Shown one piece after another: positions 25,961-39,712 of a DNA stretch of 64,000 nt. Every line of letters begins with the position of its first letter. The stretch's first letter is position 1. Source of the stretch: Dicyema japonicum (taxonomy: Eukaryota; Animalia; Dicyemida); NCBI GenBank assembly GCA_011109175.1, contig RDEW01000001.1, positions 806,592 to 870,591 on the forward strand, given 5' to 3'. A model generated the notes under the pieces. It was not told the DNA's origin, did no database searches, and saw nothing but the letters and a program-made list of their open reading frames with translations. The position numbers and the translations under genes are program-made.

Positions 25961-26455
25961 TAGTGATTCGGAATCGAGGAAATCACAACAGAAAACCTAA
26001 AAAACAGAAATGTCCTTTAAAACAAGGCCTTCTCTGTTCGTCCCCAAACATCAAAACAAGATATCTCTGTAGTTTAAGCCTCCAAAAAGGATCGAGAGCG
26101 GTGCATTTTCATCATGAAAAAATTATCGATAAGAATGGATACAAAGATCGCAATTTTTAGGTCAAAATTTCGAATTTATAAAGTAAATAAAATCGCCCTA
26201 ATTATAACAAAAATAAAATTGAAGTTGACTAGTAACGCCGTTATCAGCAAACGTATCATCACTGCAGAACTGAATTCTTTTCTGGTTCTCACAAACACGA
26301 AAAAAATCAATTAATTTTTCAATTTCTTAGATATGCTTTTAATTAATTAACATTACTGGTCTTACTCTAAAATAAAGTGTGACTTTGCCTAAGGTGAGGT
26401 TTAAGTTATGGAAACAATACATACTCCTTCCGAAAGGTCTGTAAATTAATAAAAT

Positions 26456-26788
26456 TAATAATAATAATAATAAAGCCTTTTCACGAGAGCCATAGTATTT
26501 TATAGCTCCGCATAGGCAGGACACACACTTTATTTAAGTAAAGAACAGTTAATTTTAACTAATCGTAGAACCAAGGAATGATCTTCACTTCTTTTTTTCT
26601 TTTTCTTGTGTGAGTGTCCTTTCTAGACAATCCAGTTCCGCAGCGATTATTCACTGATGACGGCGTCACTCGTCAAACCATTTCTGCATCGTAGATGCGT
26701 GGAATCTTCCACCAGGTGAACAGCAGCGAGATTCGAACCCGCAGCCTAAGCCACTTAAGCCCGACACCTAACCACTAAGCCACCCGGC
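26456..26788 (-). mobile_element. tRNA-derived SINE, family A, best-preserved copy
   Basis: Pol III A-box TGGCTTAGTGG and B-box GGTTCGAATC at the 5' end, ~250 bp body, (TTA)n tail. Confidence 0.85.
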
Positions 26789-27164
26789 ATTAATAAAATT
26801 GTATAATTTTAATAAAATAAGTTATGACAACATTGAATTTTAGATGATGAATATTCTCCTAGTATTAATATTTTTTTTAATAAAATCGTTTAATACAAAA
26901 AACAAACAGTTAAAAAGTAGTAGACAGTCTCAAAATTGAGATCCCATTTTTCCTGACGATTTAAAGGTAATACGATTAAATGAAATTCTTAAAAACGGTT
27001 AACATTGCAGAATAAATAAAAGTTTCTTGATTAATGAATTCATGAAAATAAATATAATTATAAATTTAAAATAAATATCATTTGTTTCAAATTATTAAAA
27101 AAAAATTCATTAATATAACAAGTGACCTAAATTATACACATCGACGTGTTCATTTTACATAATT

Positions 27165-28434
27165 ATGTTGTTGTTAATATTTTTGTCCTCAATCAGGAAT
27201 TTAGACTTTAAACATCGAATGTCAGTATATGTAAAAAGTTTATTGAAAAGTACACTTACAAATGTTGTTAATATTTTTGTCCTCAACCACGAATTTAGAC
27301 ATTGAAAATCGAATGTCAGTATATGTAAAAAGTTTATTGAAAAGTACACTTACAAATGTATTTTATAAATAATAATGGTAGACAAACAATTATTCAATTG
27401 AAACTATTTCTCACGTCTTTTATGATGAAATGACAATTCCAATCAAAACAAATAACTTGATCTTCCAATTTTTTATTGAATTCTCAGACAAATTTTACAA
27501 CATCTCAATAAAAATAGAATTAAATTCTAGTATTTAATAGTTAACACTCAAAGATAATAAAACCTACACAAATACAATAAATCTTACAAATATTAAACAT
27601 GGAAATTATTACAGATGCGGATATATGTCCGTAAGTTTTGGGAATGGAAATACACTTACATTATATTCTTTGGTGTTAAAATACTACACTAACCAATCAT
27701 ATTCAAATTTTATTGGAAAAGGTTTGACATAATTTAATTCAGCACATGACTGTGATCCATCTAACAATCCAAATGTTCAATATTGGTATTTTATTTCGGA
27801 AAATCGACTGAAAGGAATATTAAGTGGAAATTTTAGAATCACACTTTTATATAATCGCAATGTTAAAATAGTAATTTGTATATTTTAATATTAGATTAAT
27901 GATTTATTTTTAGATTACGAGAATCTATATTCGAAGATTAATTTTGATAACAATAGTGTTGTGTTTGTTATCTCTTAAGGGAAATCATTTAGAAATACTT
28001 TACAAATTTATTTTGTCTCAAAACAAATATTATATCTCCAATATTCAAATAGTCATCAATAAAATCTATAATGGGTCTTGGAGTCCTAATAAGAGCAAAT
28101 TGATTGATGTTGGAAATTCCTGTAACTTCAAATTGTCTCTCACTAAATTTTCTGATTACATATATGCTGAATTTTCATCATTTAAGGCACAAATTATTCG
28201 GAGTGAATTTAAATCCCATTATACTGGAATAGGTTTGATTTTTCCTGAATTTTAGAGTCGGAGTGTTTTGAAGAAGTAACTCCTAGAAAAAATACAAATT
28301 CTAATCATTCAAAAAATTTTATAATTATAGGAATTATTCTATCTGTTCTAACACTTACAATAATTGGAGTCATCACATTTGTCATAAAATGCCGAAATAT
28401 AATAAGACCAATGGAATATATTCCTATTTTATAA
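27165..28434 (+). pseudogene. Two-domain LAMP-like type I membrane glycoprotein, copy 1 (one frameshift near 27962; exon 1 tandemly duplicated)
   Basis: Signal peptide MLLLIFL. Domain 1: HGNYYRCGY...FIGK|AHDCD. Domain 2: VGNSCNF...FKAQI...G|xSECF. TM IIIGIILSVLTLTIIGVITFVI; tail KCRNIIRPMEYIPIL* (YxxPhi). Five ~21-24 nt introns. Confidence 0.7.
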
Positions 28435-29335
28435 CAGCAATTAATTTCCTCGTTGTTTTTTTATTTTAAATTCTTCCAGCATGTTCATAATAATTTTGTA
28501 ATTATCTTCTTTCAAGTAGCTCTTTTCTTGTTTTGTCTTTTAAATAGTCATGGTCTTTTGCATTTTCAACTTTTTTTCTGACATCGTGATTATGGAATGC
28601 GCCCAGACAGGATCATAGTATTTTATTCTCTCTTGAAAAGTCTGATTCGCAATGTGGAATCTGCATACATATATTTGGAGTTAGAGAACTTAAATAATCA
28701 ATTACAAAAGCGTCTAACCAGATTTTATGAGCAGACCGTTGTCGCCTAGACGAGTGAAGTCATAGGGCCTCAAAATTTTTTTTAAGATTGCTTATGTCAA
28801 TAAGATCGATATTGTGCAACCTTCTATATAAATTATAACAATCGATTTTCTGTATAATGACCTTGAATTGGAAGACCTTGATATCGGTCCCTGATTTTTA
28901 AAAAAAAAACGAAATTTCTAATTTTGTACAAAAACATGTTCGACGAAATATATAACAAAAATGGGAGATTTTATAAATTTGGATTGGTTAAAGTCAATTT
29001 CTTGAACAGGTTAAAGTGAATTAGAATGGATTAGGATGTATTAGAGACCGATTTTGGGTAATTAGAGCATCGGTTGTTTCTATACATTCATAAAGTTTAT
29101 TTTATTGACAGAATACGATGTTCGAACTCTAATTAAATTGACTTTTAATTTTTATCCATAAATTCTTTTTTTATTTTGATATTAATATATCATTACTATA
29201 AATAAATCCTTAGTTAAAAGCAATCCAAATTTTATTATACATAATTTAAATATGAATTTTTTAGGGTTTCTGTGTTATATAAGCGTAAGCGCTCTTAAGA
29301 AGAGAGGGCAGCCACCAAAAAACCAGAAGTAGTCA

Positions 29336-29800
29336 GGATAACCCTGATTAATGCCCGTTCTTTTTGGAAACGGGCCTCAGTGCTGGTTGCTCTAGCCAGC
29401 ACGATCCAGATGGATGTTCTAATTATAAACGAAACTAAATTGAAGAAAAGACCAATTAAAATTGATCGATACGACTCATTAGATATTTGTTGGAAGATTG
29501 GTTCTTGTGCTAGAACAGGAACTTCAATTTACTACAAATCTTCTATAATTACAAGACTACCCACGATCGATGAAAAAAATCTTTGTGAACTAGCAAGCAT
29601 TTAACTACAAACAACCATGGGATGGATAACTATCGGAGGAATCTATTCTAAAAAAACTACGCGAGTATCCATGGATTGTTGACAAATTTATGGAAAACAA
29701 TGAATATCCAATCCTTGTTTGGGACATGAACGCTAAACAAACTGACTATGGTTGTGTAACAACCAATCAAGATGGAAAATGTTTTTGTAAAATGGATAAA
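29336..29800 (+). mobile_element. LINE APE-endonuclease remnant
   Basis: LINARS...DVLIINETKL...GTSIYYK...GGIY...WDMNAK. Confidence 0.75.
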
Positions 29801-32349
29801 GTCTGGAGAGTTAAAGATTTTAACTTCAGTCGAAATTATGCAATTAAACTCGCACATGGATTGGATTTAGCATCTAAAATTGATGACGAATACGAAAGAT
29901 AAACGAGAAGAATCGGTGATTTATTACATTGCTTGTGGAAACTAGCATTGTAATTGGGGTTTTTTACTGAGAAGAGACATAAGGTGTCTCATGAGAGTGC
30001 CCCGATATAGACGACCCCAAATCTTGGCTTTCCTCTTTAGTTAATGGCTCTTACCATGTTTTAGTTAGTTGGGGTTTTGCGAATAAATTATGTTATCTGT
30101 TATCTGAGCGACAGATTTTTGAACTTTTGCCTTAGTTGCGTTTTTAATTCTTTTGATAATGTTGCAATTGTTCAATTCTTTTGGTTATAATGGAAATACA
30201 TTGTGATTCCTTTGGTTTCATTAATGACTCCTGTAACCATATGTTTTGGACTGATAAGTTTGACATATCTTACCGGACACGAAGATTGCCCGGGTTCTCA
30301 TACTATACGACAATAAATGAATAAATTAACACAGTTTATCACGAGTCCTCTTATATTTTTTTATTTTAATTAATTTAAAAAAATAAATTAAAAATTTAAC
30401 TTTGGCGGTAAATTTAAATTTGATAAATATTGAGCCAGGAAGAAAACAGTCAGAAATAGTAATCTACTAAATAATATTAGTTTCTTCTAATATACTAAAC
30501 AACTCACTTCAGGAAATAATCTCTGATTTGAATAAAAAAAAGATGAGGATATATTTATTCAAACAAATTCAAGGAAGAAATGGAGAAATTTACTAGAATG
30601 GAGTGAATCCAAGAGAACTGAATAAAAAAAAGATGAGGATATATTTATTCAAACAAATTCAAGGAAGAAATGGAGAAATTTACTAGAATGGAGTGAATCC
30701 AAGAGAACTTGTACAATGCTTATGAACAGGAAAGGAGGATACTTGAAAATAACATTGACGTTATAATAGCACTAATTACTAGAAAATCAAGGAATCAATT
30801 CAAGAGATAAAATGAAGAGGTTAAGATAGGCAAATTCAAATCATCCTTACTATTATATGGATCTAGTTTATAGTTTCAATAGTTTATCGTTACTTTATTT
30901 TATTGGATGTACGTGGACTGAAAAGAAGGAGTTCGAATTTATTTGACGTCCTATATTGCTTTTATATTAAGCGGTTTTAAGGATTTTANGACAGCTTTTT
31001 CACGTTCATTGTTTTCTGGGATGAAAAACAACAACAGATGAAAGTGAAGAGGTTTTCGAAATATTTATAATATCGTCAAGTATAATTTAGTAAAATAATA
31101 AAATTCATGAAAATTTGAATATTTGAGAGAAATTGTGGATTTATCTCCGTCAAATAAGATTTTTCGTTATCTACAGAAAGTGAAGAGGTTTTCGAAATAT
31201 TTATAATATCGTCAAGTATAATTTAGTAAAATAATAAAATTCATGAAAATTTGAATATTTGAGAGAAATTGTGGATTTATCTCCGTCAAATAAGATTTTT
31301 CGTTATCTACATTTTTATTTGTTTTATCGTTATTCTGTTACTAAGGTGGTTTGCTTGGCCTGTAATTTTCATTTCTGTTGTCTAGAGTAGGTTAATAGAG
31401 CTTCTTAACTTTTAGGCTCAGTGTTTTTGATTCAACAATATGACCACCTCAGTAAAACTTTAACGGATCCTTGGCCGTACTCAGTCAACAAAATTTGTAC
31501 ATTTATGGAGGATGTTACAACATAAATCAACGTTCGGCATTATATTGGCAGTAGTTGACCAGAACTTAGGTATCTCAATACTCTCTAGAATTTGAAATAT
31601 CCAAAAATGAGGAAACCGATTCCGCCTGTCGGTCTTTCAAAGAACTGACTACCACCTATAGTGTTACAACACAAATCAACGTTTGGCATTATATTGGCAG
31701 TAGTTGACCAGAACTTAGGTATCTCAATACTCTCTAGAATTTGAAATATCCAAAAATGAGGAAACCGATTCCGCCTGTCGGTCTTTCAAAGAACTGACTA
31801 CCACCTATAGTGAAGAAGTAGTTTAGAGCGAAACCATATTTGTTGGCCTACTTAGTGTTTGCATGGTTCTGGAAAATTCAGTTTATTACTGACTTCAGCA
31901 CGTGTGTGATTTCTGGCTTTTTTAGACAATATTTTATAGAAGACAATTGGTTTGTCGATATCTTTTGCGTATTCAATTTTCAACTGAGTGCTGGGTCTTC
32001 AGAACCATTACCTAGAGGACATTCAACTTCTGGAGACCTTTCATTTTTTGATTGGAAAAACATAATGTTGCGTCAAGTGGTTTTCCTATTTAGCGACGCC
32101 CAAAATCTTGAAAAAATCATTTTCAAGATTTATTGAGACTAGAAATGTTCTAAAAGCAGCAATTTGACTTCTTCCTTGTAATGATTTTCACCTTCATCAC
32201 AATAATCAGGACGGTCTTCAACTGAATTCATGGTCAGTTCTTTTCGTTTCAAGAGAATTGATAATTTTTACATCTTGTCTCAAGTGCATCGACAGTTTCG
32301 CATCTTACATTTCGAAAAAATAGATACTTCTTACATAATATCAAAAATA

Positions 32350-32640
32350 TTCACAATGCAGCAAAGGAGTACTCGATACTGGGTAGAACGAATTGTTTGT
32401 ATAGAAGCTTTAACGATGGGCGGAAAGATACCGGAGAGTGAGTGAAAGCCTTGAGAATTCCAATTTTTGATTTGGATCCTCGCGGTTACTAGGTCCACTT
32501 GATAGGTGAATGTAAGTAGGGGATCCGGATGACTCAAAGGATTGAAAGGTTTTTTTTAATGGGAAGTGGGGAATCATACAATGTTATTCGTGGTGTTGCC
32601 TGTAATTCTTTTCGTGCTGAGGTAAACGTCAGAGGGAAGG
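32350..32640 (-). mobile_element. Decayed LINE post-RT fragment
   Basis: ITLYDSPLP...DPLLTFTYQVDLVTARI resembles the LGVxLDxxLTFxxHV region. Confidence 0.45.
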
Positions 32641-35329
32641 AATATAAATTTAAACCAATTAGCCACATAGCATTACATGGCAAACACGGTTTTTTTCAAA
32701 ATTGATACTTTTGTTCACTTATTACAGAATTAAATAAGTATAAAAATGAAATATACCCTCACTGATAACAAAATATTTTTACAAATTTTATTGCATTAAA
32801 ATTTAATTAAAAATGAAACTAAAACTTACAAACATAAATAAGGATTCCAAGCCAACATGTGAGGGATAGTTGAGAAAATAGGACCATACCTAGAAGAATT
32901 GTTGTCAACTCAAATCCTGGAGCAGTTACCAATTTCTAGTTGCGAGAAACATTTAAAGTAGACTTTGAGGGAAGCTGAACTAAAAATATCTTCTTATGCT
33001 CCTTACACTGAGTCATGTGAGCTGCGATGTAAGGATACTTCACTATGATCAGCAACAACCACCAGAAAGATTCAGAGTTAGGTCTTCAGCAGTTGAGATG
33101 AAATCCTCGATTTTCCATAGAATGGAGTCTTTCCCTTCCAGGGTGGGTGAAATATTGTCACTTTCTTGAGAATTCTTTTGAAGGGCCGACAGAAAGTACT
33201 TTTGCGGTTGAACCTCTCCTCGGACTTAATTAAATCAACAAAGTACAGTTTTATGAAAGACGCCCTAACCGAAGGAGAAGAATGTGGGGGATCTTGTGGT
33301 CATGAATGACGAAATCACCTAATACGGTTTTTCACATGCCAGACGTTGGGAATTCCATCTTCTGGACTGTCGTCCTTCTGATTTATCGTATAATCACTCA
33401 ATTGATAGCTGGGATGAATTTATTTTGGTACAGATTAACGGCTAGCTCATGAGAAATCACTCTGATTATTCTGAATTGATTCACAGTCTCNAAATAAATT
33501 CATACACTTCCGAATATCTAAAAAAACTCACTGATCACGTCAATTTTGAAGACGGAAAAACCTAAGGATGATCCTCTACCTATCCCATGTTTCCATATTC
33601 TGTTTCCCAGTTTATCCCCAAAATAAAACTTACGGACAACTCAAGTATTAATAGACATAATGAAGATCTTCGAACGGACTCATCGTTAAGAATGATATCT
33701 GAATTTAATATTAGAAAATTATATTTTTTCCATTTGTCATGAATCCTTAGAACTCTTACAAAAATATGGTTAAAGGATTAATTTTTGCATAAATCCTAAA
33801 TCTTGGAAATTTTGAATCCTCACTTTGATTCAACTTAAGTTCCTATTTTTCAAACAAAACACAGTTAGATACATATAAAGGAAAAAGTACCGAGACATTA
33901 GGAACCGGTTTTGCTATGAAACACAGAGACTAGACATGACACTGGGAGCAGACTTCATTGGTGGCACTCTTCTTAGTAATCGCCAGCTTCCTGCATTTTA
34001 GTGACGTTGGGATCTACAATTTAATTTAATGGAATCCGCTCAGTAGATAACATCAAAATAGCCACCAGAACTAGCCTCTAATATGATTTCGTCAGAAAAA
34101 TGTTATTTCACTTAAATCGTGTTTTATAAACCCATGTGTTTTATCATAGTGATACATGATTTCCTTGGGGGATCCAGTGATGTAAGGGAGTCATTAGGTC
34201 TGTGGAGTGGTCACCCTTATATGAGACTCGAGGGAAAGAGCCCTAAACTCTCCTACATGTCGTTTGTCATACAGGACACGAAGTAACTAAGAAGTGTGGA
34301 TTTGGTGGCCTGGATATAATTTAGTGTCTTGAAAATGAGCTATACCCACAGAATAGAAAAAAAAACTAATCGTTAAATATGATTTAAGTGATTGAAAGTT
34401 CAAATGTTATTTAGCCGCAGATATAGTTAAACCATGTCTTGACTCGGTTGGCAGCAGTGGACAACAAGCCGACTAGGAGTTGAGAAGAACTNTGGTCACC
34501 CTTATATGAGATTCGAGGGAAAGAGCCCTAAAATCTCTTACATGTCGTTTGTCTTACAGGACACGAAGTAACTAAGAAGTGTGGATTTGGTGGCATGGAT
34601 ATAATTTAGTGTCTTGAAAAAGAGAAATGAAAAAATAACTAATCGTTAAATATGATTTAAGTGATTGCAAGTTCAAATGTTATTTCACCCCAGATTGAGT
34701 TTAACCATGTCTTGACACGGTTTGCAGCAGTGGACAACAAGCCGACTTGGAGCTGAGAAGAACTTTATCTCTTAGTAGACAGGGATGAAATCCTTTATGA
34801 AAAAGATAATTGAATTTGAAAGGTCCCCAGTTATCATCACAATGTCTGAATACTGCGTATGCTGAGAATTCAGGGTCCTTTGCTCAATGTCTTCCGATAC
34901 CTCAAAGTCACACAACTCCATCTAAAACCAGCATAATGGAAATCTTTCCTGTGAAGTGGGGAGAAATGGAAATCTTTCCTGTGAAGTGGGGAGAGCAAAT
35001 GAACCTTTTTAATGCCAACCTGGCACTGGGTGACACCTTGACAGGTTGATCCCATGACGCCACTCAAGTANCGATACCTCAAAGTTAAACAAGTCCATCT
35101 AAAACCAGCATAAAAGGTAAAAGACGTCAATTCTTGAAGTAATGGAAATCTTTCCAGTGAAGTGGGGAGAGCAAATGAACCTTTTTAATGCCAGCCTGGC
35201 ACTGGGTGACACCTAGACAGGTTGATCCCATGACGCCTCTCAAGTAGGAAAGAGAAGAGAAAGAACAGACAAAACGAACAGAAAACCTCAAACAAATTAG
35301 CATCGTAGCACTACGAGGCGAAAATGATA

Positions 35330-35522
35330 TAATCATTATTATTATTATCAGCACTTCCGAGAACACATAAAAAAACAAAAGTCAATTAAGGTACCCTTGT
35401 GCCGCGCCGGCCACCCTTTGCACCAATCGCATCCAAAAGCCTCTCCGTTTCGGAAGATCTCTTAGTTCATCGAGGTCATCCATTGTTTTCAACTCCCTGC
35501 CTATGGCTTTTAGGTCCTCATT
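35330..35522 (-). mobile_element. RTE-like LINE 3' end with (AAT)n tail
   Basis: NEDLKAIGRELKTMDDLDELRDL...W; microsatellite tail. Confidence 0.7.
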
Positions 35523-36161
35523 NNNNNNNNNNNNNNNNNNNNNNNNNNNNNNNNNNNNNNNNNNNNNNNNNNNNNNNNNNNNNNNNNNNNNNNNNNNNNN
35601 NNNNNNNNNNNNNNNNNNNNNNNNNNNNNNNNNNNNNNNNNNNNNNNNNNNNNNNNNNNNNNNNNNNNNNNNNNNNNNNNNNNNNNNNNNNNNNNNNNNN
35701 NNNNNNNNNNNNNNNNNNNNNNNNNNNNNNNNNNNNNNNNNNNNNNNNNNNNNNNNNNNNNNNNNNNNNNNNNNNNNNNNNNNNNNNNNNNNNNNNNNNN
35801 NNNNNNNNNNNNNNNNNNNNNNNNNNNNNNNNNNNNNNNNNNNNNNNNNNNNNNNNNNNNNNNNNNNNNNNNNNNNNNNNNNNNNNNNNNNNNNNNNNNN
35901 NNNNNNNNNNNNNNNNNNNNNNNNNNNNNNNNNNNNNNNNNNNNNNNNNNNNNNNNNNNNNNNNNNNNNNNNNNNNNNNNNNNNNNNNNNNNNNNNNNNN
36001 NNNNNNNNNNNNNNNNNNNNNNNNNNNNNNNNNNNNNNNNNNNNNNNNNNNNNNNNNNNNNNNNNNNNNNNNNNNNNNNNNNNNNNNNNNNNNNNNNNNN
36101 NNNNNNNNNNNNNNNNNNNNNNNNNNNNNNNNNNNNNNNNNNNNNNNNNNNNNNNNNNNNN

Positions 36162-36830
36162 ACCTACTAAAAAATGCACCTGCGGAGCTTGAGAAATGGT
36201 TTCTCAGCGTAAATGTCAACATAACTGAAATTACGGAAATCAAAAGAGAAAACTATATTACTTATGAAAGATGGATACGTAGTAGTAAGCTCGGCTCTCT
36301 GCGGCAATGGCTAAACTGAAGAAAGGATGGCTAATAGCCAAAAAACATGGAATTGACATCAGATGCATGCTTTACAACGGGTTTGTGAAACCGATCCTAC
36401 TGTACAACGCTGGAACATGGGGAAGTTCTTTCAACAAATTATTGAAACTGGATTCGTTCCATAGAAAAAAACTAAGATGCTTACTCGGAATGGAGTGGCC
36501 ACGTAGAATATCAACTAGTGGTATCTACAACAAGTGTATGTGATTTACATCAACAAAGATGTGATAGATGCCCGGTGGAGGCTATTTGGGCATGTACTAA
36601 GAATGAACCCGAAAGCAACTGTTAACAAAGCGATGGAAGATTACTTTGACAGTTGCGAAAAACCCTTCCACAGACGACCTAGATCGACACTTCCGAATGC
36701 CTTAAACAAAGTATTAAATCGTGTGAGACAAAATCTAAATACGGGGGACGACTTGGACGAATTGAGATCACTCGCATTTGACAGATGAAGATGGAAAAGA
36801 CTAACTATAAATGTGGTTTCTTTGAGTGTT
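36162..36830 (+). mobile_element. RTE-like LINE 3' region
   Basis: LEKWFLSVNV, YNGFVKPILLYNAGTWG, RWRLFGHVLRM. Confidence 0.85.
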
Positions 36831-38495
36831 GCACATGTTGGCTATAATCATTATGGCTTTCGTGAAAGTGCCTTAATAATACGACGATTTAATTTAACCA
36901 TCCCAAATCCTATCTCTGTAGAAAATTTGAATATCTTTCAATTGGCTTATAGGCTATTCACAAACCTTCCAATCCACATTGGGATGCCAGAACGATTTAA
37001 TTTAACCATCCCAAATCCTATCTCTGTAGAAAATTTGAATATCTTTCAATTGGCTTATAGGCTATTCACAAACTTTCCAATCCACATTGGGAGGCCAGAA
37101 CGAGAAACACTTTGTCTACAGAGCCTTAAGTCTTGTTTACATCAATCCACGAAACGATTAGTTTGTTTCAACAATGACTATTTATGTTATTATTAATTAA
37201 GACTTGCTCCTTCGCACCATGAAACATCCTCTTTGCCCCCAATTTATTATCAGAAATTATTTCGGACACTTCCAAATAATCCGTAAGTTTTGGGTTGACA
37301 ATTGTGTATCCGATTTATACAATATAGTCATACATGCCTTTTACAGATGAGTCTGATAATAGTGCCTGATATTGTCACAACATGTGGCCAATCATCTTCC
37401 TGAAAGCATTTTCCGCAACCCATGTCCTATCAATCAAAGTCCTTATAGATTCAAAAATTCAAAGTAGACAACACTGATGAATTGAAAAGGAACTTGTTAA
37501 ACCTAAACATCACAACTGATTCCGCCTGTCGGTCTCTCAAAGAACTGATTACCACTTATAGTTGAAGAAGTAGTTTAGAGCGAAACAATATTTGTTAGCC
37601 TACTTAGTGTTTGCATGGTTCTGGAAGATTCAGTTTATTGTTGACTTCAGCACGTGTGCGATTTCTGACTCATTTAGACTATATTCTATAGAAGAGACAG
37701 TGGTTTGTCGATAGATGATTCAGTTTATTGCTGACTTCAGCACGTGTGCGATTTCTGACTCATTTAGACAATATTCTATAGAAGAGACAGTGGTTTGTCG
37801 ATATCATTAACGTATTCAATTTTAAAGTAACTCGCTAGAAATGTTATGAAAGCAGTAACTCGACATCTATTTTGTGCTGATTTTCACCTTCATCTCAATA
37901 ATCAAGGCGGGGGATTTAAAAAAGTCGCTTGAATATTATCTACCTGGGTATATCAAAACCTTCGATAACTCTATAATTATTCCGAGGTTTCTAATCAACT
38001 GCCTGATTGATTTATCTGTCCTCAACTGGATTCTTGGTCTGTTCCTTTCGTTTAAGGAGAATTATTAATTTTTTGAAGACAAATGCTATCAGCATCTTAT
38101 ATTTCGGAAAAAAATAGATACTTCTTCATAATGTTAAAATATGGAGCTACGTGTTTGGACAAGAAAAAACATATAAAGGATATAGTAGAAAAAGGCATAT
38201 CTGTCACTTTGTCTGGCAATGCGAATATATAATTATATGGAAAATGCTTCAAATACGGTATTTACTGATGCACCTGAAGTCTGTTGGCAATATTCTAAAA
38301 ATGCACCCAAGCACGTCAGCAGATGTCATCACGGAGAAGTACTTTGCAGGATCTGGGAAAAGATCCTTTATACATCCAATTACGACACTTCTTAAGCCTT
38401 TGTTCCACTGAGGTTCAAGATGCCGAAGTAAACTCTACAATATGTTTCAGAAACTAAATATAGAGTATAACTGAGGATTCCTGCGATAAATAAGG

Positions 38496-39360
38496 ACAAT
38501 GAAGGAACCTCCTCCATTGATAACTATCCCAAAATAGCGGATTGAATTTTCTTTTCGAATACAAAGCGAGTAGGGCTGCGTACGATGTCTCCGTAGACGA
38601 CTAACTTTCAAGTATCTGGACTTCTTAGTAAAGAGTCTCATCCCTCTTTTGGAGCACCAATTTTGCACTTGGTCAATGAATGATTTGATTTTTCTTTCCG
38701 ATAGAAATGACTTCTTCGAGGTATCCGTAATCAGAATATCATCTGCGTAAATTATTAGTTTGATGTTCGCATCCGGCGGAGTAGGGAAATCAGAATGAAA
38801 CACCTTGGACAGAAGCGGGCTCATGACAGAGCCTTGTGGAACGCCCCTTTTCAATAGGAAATCCTTTGATATATATGCCCCAACACGTACTCGGAATGTA
38901 CGTCGTGTTAAGAAGTCTTTTATCCATGTGTAGAGTTTCTTTTAAATGCTAGCCGCCACTAGCCTTATCAGGAGGGATTCATGCTACACGCTATCGAAGG
39001 CCTCGGACATGTCCAAACACACCAGGTTTGCCTCTTGAATTCCAGGCCTCTCAGTACCATCGAATGCATGTGATGGATACAATCCGTGCAGGATTTTCCG
39101 GGTCTGAAGCCACATTGTTCTGCGAGAAGGAAACAGCTCTTTTCTATATGTTCGTTTAGTCTTTTTAAGATAATTTTCTCAGCAATCTTGGAGATAAAGC
39201 GGATTAGGCTGATTTGCCTAAAGTTGAAGGGGTCTCACCCCGACATCTAAAGAAGTTAGGATGAGTTTATAGACAATTAATAAATAATCACTGCCAATAT
39301 CTTTAATCGTAATCGTTCGTTCGTAAAATTGATTATCAAATTCTGATATTAACGCAATCC
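38496..39360 (-). mobile_element. Jockey/I-like RT (duplicate of 24893-25960)
   Basis: GVPQGSVMSPLL, IIYADDILI. Confidence 0.9.
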
Positions 39361-39712
39361 CAAATAATCCGTGCCACTTGGAGAATAGTGATTCGGAATC
39401 GAGGAAATCACAACAGAAAACCTAAAAAACAGACATGTCCTTTAAAACAAGGNNNNNNNNNNNNNNNNNNNNNNNNNNNNNNNCCACTTGGAGAATAGTG
39501 ATTCGGAATCGAGGAAATCACAACAGAAAACCTAAAAAACAGACATGTCCTTTAAAACAAGGCCTTGTCCGTTCGTCCCCAAACTACAAAACAAGATATC
39601 TCTCTAGTTTAAAATTAAAATAAATATCATTTGTTTCAAATTATTAAAAATAAATTCATTAATATAACAAGTGACCCAAATTATACATATCGACGTGTTC
39701 ATTTTACATATT

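Noticed and set aside
26715-26788. Functional tRNA gene (also 48420-48490)
   Set aside because: A/B boxes are present but there is no acceptor-stem closure or poly-T terminator; the 26715 head continues into a repeated SINE body.
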